A DNA stretch of 64,000 nucleotides, from positions 40,964,851 to 41,028,850 of the forward strand of contig CM074519.1 of the NCBI GenBank assembly GCA_037379345.1, read 5' to 3'. Position numbers and translations under genes: made by a program. Source of the DNA: Perna viridis (lineage: Eukaryota). Under the pieces are notes generated by a model that worked only from the letters and a program-made list of their open reading frames with translations, ran no database searches and had not been told where the DNA came from. Shown in pieces: positions 1 to 11,965 of this stretch (position 1 is its first letter; each line of letters opens with the position of its first letter).

Positions 1-351
1 TACCAGAAAATAAAATGGCAGATCGTAAACAATGCTTCACAAGTCAATAAAATTGTGCATATTATGCCAAAATTCACTTGACATATTCAAGCTAAATTTC
101 TTAAAATGTAGGGAACATATTTTTAATGTATGATGTTAAGGGATGTGTTACTAAATAACAAGTTGGCTGGTTAACTTTCCTTGGAACTGGCCAATCAAAT
201 GACGGTCGCCAAATTGACAAGTATAAGCAAATGAGAACTCACCAAAATACATATCTACTTGTATTTGACAAATCTTCAGTTTTGAAGGAATGACTTTATC
301 ACATGTACGAGTATATACTTTTTGACAATAAAAATTACTCCTTTATGCTTG

Positions 352-816
352 TGTGGCAGGACGGCCTACCTGCGTTTTAGTAGTTTTGAGGTTAAAATCG
401 CCAGTTAATTGACTGGGCTAAAGGATTAATTCTTTCGCAGAATCGGTTTGTTGCTGGCTTGTCACTGAGCAGTCTAGGGTTTGATCCTTGGTGGCGGAGT
501 ATAATTTTGTGAGTCAAATCATGCTCTCCCGTGACATTTGGCGCCCAACTAAAAAACCCACAGGGTTTGGTTAGCTATAGAGGTAATGTTAGAGTCGTTC
601 GTGATACGAAGACTCTTAAGGTGGGGGAAATGTGGCAGGACAGCCTACCCGTGTTGTAGTGGGTAGTGAGGTTTAAATAGACAGTTAATTGACTTGGCTA
701 AAGGATTAATTCTTTAGCCGAATAGGTTTGTCGCTGGCTAGTCACCGAGTGGTCTAGGGTTCGATCCTCAGTGGCGGAGTATAATTTTGTGAGTCAAATC
801 ATGCTCTCCCGTTACA
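352..816 (+). mobile_element. Complete TRIM (miniature non-autonomous LTR retrotransposon) with tRNA-like sequence in its LTRs (Helenus-like), in UNC119 intron 1
   Basis: LTR1 352-536 and LTR2 631-816 both run TGTGGCAGG...CTCTCCCGT(G/T)ACA. PBS TGGCGCCCAAC at 539-549 is complementary to the 3' end of tRNA-Lys. PPT AAGGTGGGGGAAA at 618-630. 4-bp TSD CTTG at 348-351 and 817-820. No coding capacity. Confidence 0.92.
711..779 (+). promoter_or_regulatory. tRNA-derived Pol III internal promoter (A and B boxes) inside the TRIM 3' LTR
   Basis: A-box-like TAGCCGAATAGG at 715-726, B-box GGTTCGATCC at 758-767, and CTAGTCAC resembling a tRNA-Asp(GTC) anticodon loop. A degraded equivalent is present in LTR1. 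Confidence 0.7.
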
Positions 817-1206
817 CTTGCCTTGCACTAAACTTAAAGGCATATGCCTTCCTCATTTGAAGTAAATATATTCCAGGAACATCTAAATAAATGCAGAAGA
901 CATGACATACATGTATCTGTTGGATCTGGGACATTAATATGAAATACATGTATTAGGGTGACAATAGTGTGAATAGACCAGATAACAGATTGGTAACACT
1001 CTATTAAGAACATTTTTCTGAGGAGCTCAAGGTCTTGTCCTGATGCTAACATTCCAGTCATATGATTTGATATATAATGAAACAAGGAAGGGAGTTTTTA
1101 TGAAACAATAAATGAAAGAGGAAACAGTGACTCATGTCATGAATCAATATATAAACTTCCACAGAACGGACATGCTAAAAAGAATTTGTTCTAACATTAA
1201 ACTCAC

Positions 1207-1369
1207 TTTCTGTAATTTTTGTTAGTCTTAATACATCATCTGGACAAATATTGTCTTTTTTCAATAGCTCATCCTCTGAAATACATTCTAATTGGTGACC
1301 TTTGTCTTTATTTTTCGCTTGCCGAGACAGAAAACCACCTCCTTTCTTTTTGCCTGTAGTGGCGCTCAT
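1207..1369 (-). CDS. UNC119: UNC-119 homologue, first coding exon (gene continues beyond the window start)
   Basis: MSATTGKKKGGG...ISEDELLKKDNICPDDVLRLTKITE resembles the UNC119/UNC119B N-terminus (EQELL..DTI.PEHVLRLSRVTENYLC). The exon ends in a phase-1 donor A|GTGAGT (1206-1201) exactly where the 'N' of ITEN is expected. Confidence 0.88.
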
Positions 1370-2231
1370 GATTAAATAATCGAGTCAGATAAAAAGGTGG
1401 AAACAAGAAAATATATCTGCTATAGCATGATAAAGACGTAATACAGCAACAGGCCAACAGCTCAGTAAATAAAGTAAAATAGAAATCACAAGTGCAAGCG
1501 TCTATCTCCAATTATGCTGAATGGCGGCGATGGCAACAGGAATTATGGGAAAATTGTCATTTCCGATAATGCTAGAACCCGTCGAACTTCTCGAATGAGA
1601 AATAAAAAAATTTAAAAAATCTGTAATATTACATGTTAAAAGTAGGTGAACAATTAAGTAATAAATAAGTGATTGAATAAATAATAATAAACATGATAAT
1701 TGATAAATAGATCACTTAAAAATAGTGGGCTGAACTATTTTTTTAAATGGAGGCAAGATTATTTCACAACTGAGATCATACGAAATTAAAACATTCACAG
1801 CAATGATGCCATTTAAAACAAAAATGAATTTTCGTTTAAAGTTTGAATTTTATATATAGTCCTGTTCAGTGATGTTTTAAGCAGTTCAATCTAGAATTGA
1901 CTGTCATAAGTTGAAGATTAATTATTTCCATTTCACTGTATGCATGGTGTATCTGGACAAGAGTAAGAAATTTATTTATTTTCCAGGAGGTGTGGGCCAG
2001 AAATAATATTTTGAACTTTACAAGTCCAGAATTTTTATTTCCACCCCGAGAGTCAAATGGTCTTCCCCTTATGTATAGAATACTGTATCGTGAAATTATT
2101 CAGCGCAAAGTTAGCAACAACGTAAGAATTAAAATATTAAAATTCTTGACAGTTTATGTTCTAGATTTTGATCTTAGCGGAACCTTAAGAAATTTGAAAT
2201 TGCTCCGATTTTTTTTGTCAGACAGTAAAAA

Positions 2232-2380
2232 AGTTGCTCATTTACTTTTGTTACTTTGTATGTATGATTTTAGTTACTTTATGTTCTTTGTTGTGTATGT
2301 CTGTTTTCCATGTCTGGTCTTTGTACCTGGATTACATTCTTTTGATTACCGCTATAACCTTGGTTCCCTTGATTACTCTT
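2232..2380 (+). mobile_element. 3' terminal fragment of the Penelope-like (Naiad-type) family
   Basis: GTTGCTCATTTAC...GGTTCCCTTGATTACTCTT is nearly identical to the tail of the RT-bearing copy at 34972-35119. Confidence 0.85.
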
Positions 2381-2969
2381 CCTCCTGTTGCAACCCCTTT
2401 CCCCAAATTAAATAATAAATAAGTCTTCAAGAACAAATATTTATTAAGTAGTAAATCAAAATATCCATCAGGGCTTCCGCAGACACCGCCTTAAATTAGC
2501 CTTCCAATATCCTTCGTATTTGTTCCAAATTCTCTAATCGAATTTTTTTACATAAACCCAACTTTTCTGTACTGTCATGACCCTTAATGATAATTGTATT
2601 GTTTTATTAGATGTGCTATGTTTATTATTGTTTAACATTCATCTTAATGCGTGTTGATTGCTTTGCTTATAATTTTTAAATGTGTAATTGATTCTGTAGA
2701 GTTACAGGTGAATGTCCTAAATTCTCACCTGTAATTATTAATAGTTAAATACTGCCATGTTAAAAGCATGCTGACTTAATACTTGACTGATTCCAGTACT
2801 ATATAAGCTAGGGTTAATCATTGTAAGTCGATCAGTCTCTAGAAACACACAGAGAAGAGTGAACCTATGCCAGAACTACACGGTAATTATCACTTAATTA
2901 AATATGACAAGTGAAACCGTTTTAATTACTAATTAAGGGCTGAACCATTTACCACATACACCACAGAAC

Positions 2970-3180
2970 AATGGTAAACATCTAACCATGGTTTCGTGGT
3001 AAGCATTTCACCATAGTTCGTGGTAAACATTACACCATACTTGTGGTTAACATTTCACCATAGTTCGTGGTTGACATTTAACCATAGTTTTGTGGTTAAC
3101 ATTTCACCATCATTTGTGGTAACCATAAACCATTATCGTGGTAAACATTTAACCAACACCAGTGGCAAAATCATTCCATA
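2970..3180. repeat. ~24-bp tandem repeat, about 9 copies (TGGTAAACATTTCACCATAGTTCG)
   Basis: Direct reading. Each unit has a TGGT...ACCA inverted stem. Confidence 0.85.
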
Positions 3181-3828
3181 ACCACTATCTTTGGTCACAT
3201 TCCCCCACGACTTTTGGTTCACATTAAAACTACTAAGATGGCGACTTTACCCACAAACATGATAATACTGACCACAACCTAAGGTTAATTGAATCACTCT
3301 TTCATTATAGAATCACCATCAGTCAAGTCTAGTCAACATTAGAAGTCCATCTGTCATAAAATGTATCTGGACTGAATACAATCATTACAGTTATTGAAGA
3401 AAAACTTTTTTCTAGGAGAAGTGATGTGTTGGAAATTTCATTACCTTTCTATTTTTATTTTCATATTTTTTTTGTAATAAATCTTATAAATAAAAAAAAT
3501 ATCGAATAAAAATTTAAAGTTGATGATTTTTGATACACACCTCTTGCAACATTTCCCAAACTATTTATTACTCCGTACGCAAGTCACACTGCTGTTTTAT
3601 CGGAATAGGCTAGCGAGCTCCAGGGAGCGCTATATGAATTTAACAATTATTGTAAGACTTGACATGAATGTCATTTTCATTTAAATAATATACCGTTATT
3701 ATCATAATAATAATGATATCCTGTAAATATATCTTAAACAAATTGCATTTAAATATTACAACTTTTTAAATGTAGGTTGAACAAACATTACTTTGACACA
3801 TGTATGAAGTTTTTATGTTACTTTGGTT

Positions 3829-4008
3829 ATATCTTACTTCGTTAATTGATTGACACATTTACAGGTTAATTAAATATCTTACTTCGTTAATTGATAGACA
3901 CATTTACAGGTTAATTTTATATCTTACTTCGTTAATTGATAGACACATTTACAGGTTAATTTTATATCTTACTTCGTTAATTGATAGACACATTTACAGG
4001 TTAATTAA
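3829..4008. repeat. 45-bp tandem repeat, 4 near-identical copies
   Basis: ATATCTTACTTCGTTAATTGATAGACACATTTACAGGTTAATT(TT/AA) repeated four times. Confidence 0.95.
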
Positions 4009-4895
4009 ATAACATAAACCTGTCAAAGGATCCTTAATTATATGTTTATTTTGCTAGTAGGCGTTCGGGGAACACACCATTTGGACTAAAAGAGTCTATT
4101 TTTCTGCCACCGAGGCTTTATCGTCTCCAGCAAAGGACGAATGATTCTTTATTTTATATGAAGGTGGACTCAATAGTCCGAAAGCTGAACTACCTAGCAA
4201 GCCTGAATTGAAGAATGAAGACACTGCTCGCTTCACATAGAAATGCCTTTCAACAAGGAAGCACAACCCCAATTTTAAATAATGTAGTCGTTCATAACAA
4301 TCTACATTTCTAAAGTATCTGTTAAATGAAATTGACATTGTGAGTACTTGAGTGTAGATCTTACATCATACTAAAAGTACTTTGTCGGAATTTTTAATTC
4401 AGGAAGTGAATAATAAGTGTTCTCGTGCACACTTCAATCATAGATTGTATTAATTCATTTATAAACTCTTATATTTCACGAGTACCAGTGTTGCTATGTC
4501 TACATTAATAACATGATAAGCTCTTCACATACAGAGATGGACCTAGAAATATTTGCAGACTATCATTTACTATCATTTATTAATTTTTGCCTTAATTAAG
4601 CATGGGGTGATTTTCCAATATGAAAGAGGGAGTCAAACGCTCGAAGCCCTCCTCTGGATCCGCCATCGGTATGAAAATTCAAAACATATTTGAGCTGACA
4701 TTTTCATCCATGTGTGGTTGTTGTCTCTATGATATGCATTCCCGTTATGGTAAAAAAGAATAGGAAGAATAAGTACCTAAAATTTTGTTTTTCAATATTT
4801 AACAGCAGAGACAAAGGCGGCTACACCAAGTATGCTTAGGTGAACATAAATAAATGTAAACACGACAGCAACACTATGAAGTAGTTTAAAATGTT

Positions 4896-7800
4896 CCAAT
4901 GACAGCAACACCATCACCATGTAGTATTCTAAGGCGTACCAATAGCCGCAACACCACCACCATGTAGTATTCTAAGGCGTACCAATAACAGCAACTTCAA
5001 CACCATGTAGTATTCTAAGGCGTACCAATAGTATCCTGAGACGTACCAATTGCAGCAACACCAACCCCATGTTGGATTCTAGAATGTACCAATAGCAGCA
5101 ACACCAAAACTATGAAGTATACTAAGGTGTACCAATAGTAGCAACATCAACACCATATTGTATTCCTAGGCATACCAACGCCATGTAGTATTCGAATGCG
5201 TACCAATAGCAGCAACACCAACGCCATGTAGTATTCTAAGGCGTACCAATAGCAGCAACACCAACACCATGTAGTATTCTAAGGCGTACCAATTGCAATA
5301 ACATCAACACCATGTAGTATTCCTAGGCATACCAATTGCAGCAACACCAACACCATATAGTATTCTAAGGCGTACCTATTGCGGCAACCCAACCACGATA
5401 TGATATTCTAAGGCATTCCAATTGCAGCGGCTCCAACGTCATGTAGAATTCTAAGGCATACCAATAGCAGCGACACCAACAACATGTAGTATCCAAAGGC
5501 GTTACAATGGCAATAACACCAACACCATGTAGTATTCTAAGGTGTACCAATAGCAGCAACACCAAAAACATGTAGTATCCTAAGGCGTAACAATGGCAAT
5601 AACACCAACAACATGTAGTATTCTAAGACGTACCAATGGCAATAACATCAACACCATGTAGTATTCCTAGGCATACCAACTGCAGCAACACCAACGCCAT
5701 GTTGTATTCTAAGGCGTACCAATAGCACCAACTTCAACAGCATGTAGTATTCTAAGGCGTACCAATAGCAGCAACACCAACGCCATGTAGTATTCTAAGG
5801 CGTACCAATAGCAGCAACACCAACGCCATGTAGTATTCTAAGGCGTACCAATAGGAGCAACACCAACCCCATGTTGTATTCTAAGGCGTACCAATAGCAG
5901 CAACACCAACGCCTTGTGATGTATTCTAAGGCGTACCAATAGCACCAACTTCAACACCATGTAGTATTCTAAGGCGTACCAATAGCAGCAACACCAAAGC
6001 CATGTAGTATTCTAAGGCGTACCAATAGCAGCAACACCAATGCCATGTAGTATTCTAAGGCGTACAAATAGCAGCAAAACCAACACCATGTAGTATTTTA
6101 AGGCGTATCAATGGCAATAACATCAACACCATGTAGTATTCCTAGGCATACTAATTGCAGCAACACCAACGCCATGTTGTATTCTAAGGTGTACCAATAG
6201 CAGCAACACCAACAACATGTAGTATTCTAAGGCGTAACAATGGCAATAACATCAACACCATGTAGTATTCTAAGGTGTACCAATAGCAGCAACACCAACA
6301 ACATGTAGTATTCTAAGGCGTACCAATTGCAGCAACACCAACGCCATGTTGTATTCTAAGGCGTACCAAGAAAAGCAACACCAACACCATGTAGTATTCT
6401 AAGGCGTATCAATGGCAATAACATCAACACCATGTAGTATTCCTAGGCATACCAATTGCAGCAACACCAACGCCATGTTGTATTCTAAGGCGTACCAAAA
6501 GCAGCAACACCAACAACATGTAGTATTCTAAGGCGTACCAATTGCAATAACATCAACACCATGTAGTATTCCTAGGCATACCAATTGCAGCAACACCAAC
6601 ACCATATAGTATTCTAAGGCGTACCTATTGCAGCAACCCAACCACGATATGATATTCTAAGGCATTCCAATTGCAGCGGCTCCAACGTCATGTAGAATTC
6701 TAAGGCGTACCAATAGCAGCAACACCAACAACATGTAGTATCCATAGGCGTAACAATGGCAATAACACCAACACCATGTAGTATTCTAAGGTGTACCAAT
6801 AGCAGCAACACCAAAAACATGTAGTATCCTAAGGCGTAACAATGGCAATAACACCAACAACATGTAGTATTGTAAGGTGTACCAATAGCAGCAACACCAA
6901 ACCCATGTAGTATCCTAAGGCATAACAATGGCAATAACACCAACAACATGTAGTATTGTAAGGTGTACCAATAGCAGCAACACCAAAACCATGTAGTATT
7001 GTAAGGTGTACCAATAGCAGCAACACCAAAAACATGTAATATCCTAAGGCGTAACAATGGCAATAACACCAACAACATGTAGTATTCTAAGACGTACCAA
7101 TGGCAATAACATCAAAACCATGTAGTATTCCTAGGCATACCAATTGCAGCAACACCAACGCCATGTTGTATTCTAAGGTGTACCGATAGCACCAACTTCA
7201 ACACCATGTAGTATTCTAAGGCGTACCAATAGCAGCAACACCAACGCCATGTAGTATTCTAAGGCGTACCAATAGCAGCAACACCAACGCCATGTAGTAT
7301 TCTAAGGCGTACCAATAGCAGCAACACCAACGCCATGTAGTATTCTAAGGCGTACCAATAGCAGCAACACCAACCCCATGTTGTATTCTAAGGCGTACCA
7401 ATAGCAGCAACACCAACGCCTTGTGATGTATTCTAAGGCGTACCAATAGCACCAACTTCAACACCATGTAGTATTCTAAGGCGTACCAATAGCAGCAACA
7501 CCAAAGCCATGTAGTATTCTAAGGCGTACCAATAGCAGCAACACCAATGCCATGTAGTATTCTAAGGCGTACAAATAGCAGCAAAACCAACACCATGTAG
7601 TATTCTAAGGCGTATCAATGGCAATAACATCAACACCATGTAGTATTCCTAGGCATACTAATTGCAGCAACACCAACGCCATGTTGTATTCTAAGGTGTA
7701 CCAATAGCAGCAACACCAACAACATGTAGTATTCTAAGGCGTAACAATGGCAATAACATCAACACCATGTAGTATTCTAAGGTGTACCAATAGCAGCAAC

Positions 7801-10800
7801 ACCAACAACATGTAGTATTCTAAGGCGTACCAATTGCAGCAACACCAACGCCATGTTGTATTCTAAGGCGTACCAAGAAAAGCAACACCAACATCATGTA
7901 GTATTCTAAGGCGTATCAATGGCAATAACATCAACACCATGTAGTATTCCTAGGCATACCAATTGCAGCAACACCAACGCCATGTTGTATTCTAAGGCGT
8001 ACCTATGGCAATAACACCAACAACATGTAGTATTCTAAGACGTACCAATGGCAATAACATCAAAACCATGTAGTATTCCTAGGCATACCAATTGCAGCAA
8101 CACCAACGCCATGTTGTATTCTAAGGTGTACCGATAGCACCAACTTCAACACCATGTAGTATTCTAAGGCGTACCAATAGCAGCAACACCAACGCCATGT
8201 AGTATTCTAAGGCGTACCAATAGCAGCAACACCAACGCCATGTAGTATTCTAAGGCGTACCAATAGCAGCAACACCAATGCCATGTAGTATTCTAAGGCG
8301 TACCAATAGCAGCAACACCAACCCCATGTTGTATTCTAAGGCGTACCAATAGCAGCAACACCAACGCCTTGTGATGTATTCTAAGGCGTACCAATAGCAC
8401 CAACTTCAACACCATGTAGTATTCTAAGGCGTACCAATAGCAGCAACACCAAAGCCATGTAGTATTCTAAGGCGTACCAATAGCAGCAACACCAATGCCA
8501 TGTAGTATTCTAAGGCGTACAAATAGCAGCAAAACCAACACCATGTAGTATTCTAAGGCGTATCAATGGCAATAACATCAACACCATGTAGTATTCCTAG
8601 GCATACTAATTGCAGCAACACCAACGCCATGTTGTATTCTAAGGTGTACCAATAGCAGCAACACCAACAACATGTAGTATTCTAAGGCGTAACAATGGCA
8701 ATAACATCAACACCATGTAGTATTCTAAGGTGTTCCAATAGCAGCAACACCAACAACATGTAGTATTCTAAGGCGTACCAAGAAAAGCAACACCAACACC
8801 ATGTAGTATTCCTAGGCATACCAATTGCAGCAACACCAACGCCATGTTGTATTCTAAGGCGTACCAATAGCAGCAACACCAACAACATGTAGTATTCTAA
8901 GGCGTACCAATTGCAGCAACACCAACAACATGTAGTATTCTAAGGCGTACCAATTGCAGCAACACCAACGCCATGTTGTATTCTAAGGCGTACCAATAGC
9001 AGCAACACCAACAACATGTAGTATTCTAAGGCGTACCAATTGCAATAACATCAACACCATGTAGTATTCCTAGGCATACCAATTGCAGCAACACCAACAC
9101 CATATAATATTCTAAGGCGTATCTATTGCAGCAACCCAACCACGATATGATATTCTAAGGCATTCCAATTGCAGCGGCTCCAACGTCATGTAGAATTCTA
9201 AGGCGTACCAATAGCAGCAACACCAACAACATGTAGTATCCAAAGGCGTAACAATGGCAATAACACCAACACCATGTAGTATTCTAAGGTGTACCAATAG
9301 CAGCAACACCAAAAACATGTAGTATCCTAAGGCATAACAATGGCAATAACACCAACAACATGTAGTATTGTAAGGTGTACCAATAGCAGCAACACCAAAC
9401 CCATGTAGTATCCTAAGGCATAACAATGGCAATAACACCAACAACATGTAGTATTGTAAGGTGTACCAATAGCAGCAACACCAAAACCATGTAGTATTGT
9501 AAGGTGTACCAATAGCAGCAACACCAAAAACATGTAATATCCTAAGACGTACCAATGGCAATAACATCATAACCATGTAGTATTCCTAGGCATACCAATT
9601 GCAGCAACACCAACGCCATGTTGTATTCTAAGGTGTACCGATAGCACCAACTTCAACACCATGTAGTATTCTAAGGCGTACCAATAGCAGCAACACCAAC
9701 GCCATGTAGTATTCTAAGGCGTACCAATAGCAGCAACACCAACGCCATGTAGTTATCTAAGGCGTACCAATAGCAGCAACACCAACCACGATATGTAGTA
9801 TTCTAAGGCGTACCAATTGCAGCAACACCAACCAACGCCATGTAGTATTCTAAGGCGTACCAATAGCAGCAACACCAACGCCATGTAATATTCTAATGCG
9901 TACCAATAGCAGCAACACCAAAGCCATATAGTATTCTAAGGCGTACCAATAGCAGCAACACCAACGCCATGTAGTATTCTAAGGCGTACCAATAGCAGCA
10001 ACACCAACGCCATGTAGTATTCTAAGGCGTACCAATAGCAGCAACACCAACACCATGTAGTATTCTAAGGCGTACCAATAGCACCAACTTCAACACCATG
10101 TAGTATTCTAAGGCGTACCAATTGCAGCAACACCAACACCATGTAGTATTCTAAGGCGTACCAATAGCAGCAACTTCAACACCATGTGGTATTCTAAGGC
10201 GTACCAATAGCAGCAACTTCAACACCATGTAGTATTCTAAGGCGTACCAATAGTATCCTGAGACGTACCAATAACGCCATGTTGGATTCTAGAATGTACC
10301 AATAGCAGCAACACCAACACCATGTTGTATTCTAAGGCGTACCAATAGCAGCAACCCAAGTACGATATGGTATTCTAAGGCATTCCAATTGCAGCGGCTC
10401 CAACGTCATGTAGAGTTCTAAGGGGTACCAATAGCAGCAACACCAACAACATGTAGTATCCTAAGGCGTACCAATGGCAATAACACCAACAACATGTAGT
10501 ATTCTAAGGCGTACCAATGGCAATAACACCAACAGCATGTAGTATTCTAAGGCGTACCAATGGCAATAACACCAACAACATGTAGTATTCTAAGGCGTAC
10601 CAATGGCAATAACACCAACAACATGTAGTATTCTAAGGCGTAACAATGGCAATAACACCAACAACATGTAGTATTCTAAGGCGTAACAATAGCAGCAACT
10701 TCAACACCATGTAGTATTCTAAGGCGTACCAATGGCAATAACACCAACAACATGTAGTATTCTAAGGCGTACCAATGGCAATAACACCAACAACATGTAG

Positions 10801-10933
10801 TATTCTAAGGCGTAACAATGGCAATAACACCAACAACATGTAGTATTCTAAGGCGTAACAATAGCAGCAACTTCAACACCATGTAGTATTCTAAGGCGTA
10901 CCAATAGCATCAACACCAACGCCATGTAGTATT
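4896..10933. repeat. Satellite array, 43-bp monomer, ~140 copies, with higher-order repeats
   Basis: Consensus ATGTAGTATTCTAAGGCGTACCAATAGCAGCAACACCAAC(G/A)CC with period 43 (e.g. ATG at 7206 and 7249). Diagnostic variant blocks recur at ~5375, ~6624 and ~9122. Confidence 0.97.
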
Positions 10934-10936
10934 TGT

Positions 10937-11674
10937 TGTGAAATACGTTTTCACATATATTAATTATCCTGAAGTATTTTGGGAATTATAACAGTTTTGG
11001 GAAGACAAATGTGTACTTCGGGAGAATGGTTTAGCATTGTCTTACCATTTAAGTTATTAATTATTATCATTTTAACAGAAATCTGTCGCTGTTTTGACGT
11101 CTACATTTTCCACCAAAGTAGAGTTATCGTTCTTTAGGCGTACATTAATTTTTATACCAAGACTGGTTAGATACGGGTTTAACTTCCGTGTTTTGTGTTA
11201 ATTAGGTGTTTCTACTCAAAACAAAGTTGGTAAGTTCAAAATTCGACTGTCCCAGGGATCGGCTGTATCGTTCCCTTGACCTGTTTATTTGCCACGTTTG
11301 GACTTGTGGATATTTATACAGTCAACGATAAGCTTTATAGCTCTTTTTATACACATCTTCCTGTATTTCAAGTGTTTTTAGACGAGGAATATCGCAACGC
11401 TTTTACTTGGTGGTGCTGTTTTTGTTTAGCCCAACCCCGGCCTAAATTTGATATTTTATTATTATCACTAATAATTCTTTAGTGTTAGATTTATACTTTT
11501 GTCTGACATGCAGGTTCTTTGACTTGGGTAACGGAATTTGTATATTGTTTTTGGATTGTCAAAATTATATTCCTGCATAATAAACTCTTCATTTTTATAC
11601 GTGTTACATGCAGCTTCTACGCCTATCAGTTTCTGATTAATTCGTAGATTTCCGCTCGGTTTCCTAGTTTTACA
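10937..11674 (+). repeat. Gypsy 5' LTR (738 bp, TG...CA)
   Basis: Starts TGTGAAA and ends TTTTACA 4 nt before the PBS. The first ~270 bp match 18805-19055. Confidence 0.88.
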
Positions 11675-11678
11675 ATAT

Positions 11679-11696
11679 TGGTGGCAGCGGTGGGAT
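11679..11696 (+). promoter_or_regulatory. Primer binding site, tRNA-Leu
   Basis: TGGTGGCAGCGGTGGGAT is the 18-nt complement of the 3' end (ATCCCACCGCTGCCACCA) of metazoan tRNA-Leu(AAG/UAG). Confidence 0.9.
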
Positions 11697-11965
11697 ACCC
11701 AGTTCTCATCAGTTTGTGTAGCTATATTTGACTGACGATTTTTGTAAAATAGTAGTTGCTGCATGGTTTTTCATTGCTGAAGGACTGAATTGTTCGATGA
11801 AATATCTCTTAACTGGAACATGAATTCGTTTAGTTGTGAGTAAATTTGACTTTTTTGTATTCGGAAACTGAATAGTTTTAAATACGTTTGGTAGAGAATT
11901 CTACCATAGTTTTTTTTTAAAGAGAATTAGTTGTAGAAATTTAACAGTAAAATAGTTAAATAATT

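Noticed and set aside
2386-3551. Solo LTR bounded by TGTTGCAA...TTGCAACA (or starting TGTCATGA at 2573)
   Set aside because: There is an 8-bp terminal inverted match and TATA/polyA-like signals, but no matching TSD, PBS or second copy in the window, so it cannot be supported.
5365-9576. Hydrophobic, Cys-rich minus-strand ORFs (MLLVLLPLLRLRILH...)
   Set aside because: They are translations of the 43-bp satellite. The period is not a multiple of 3, and the ORFs recur only with the higher-order repeats.
4896-10933. CRISPR-like array
   Set aside because: Monomers are contiguous with no unique spacers, there are no cas genes, and the context is eukaryotic. The same applies to the 32-bp and 38-bp arrays.
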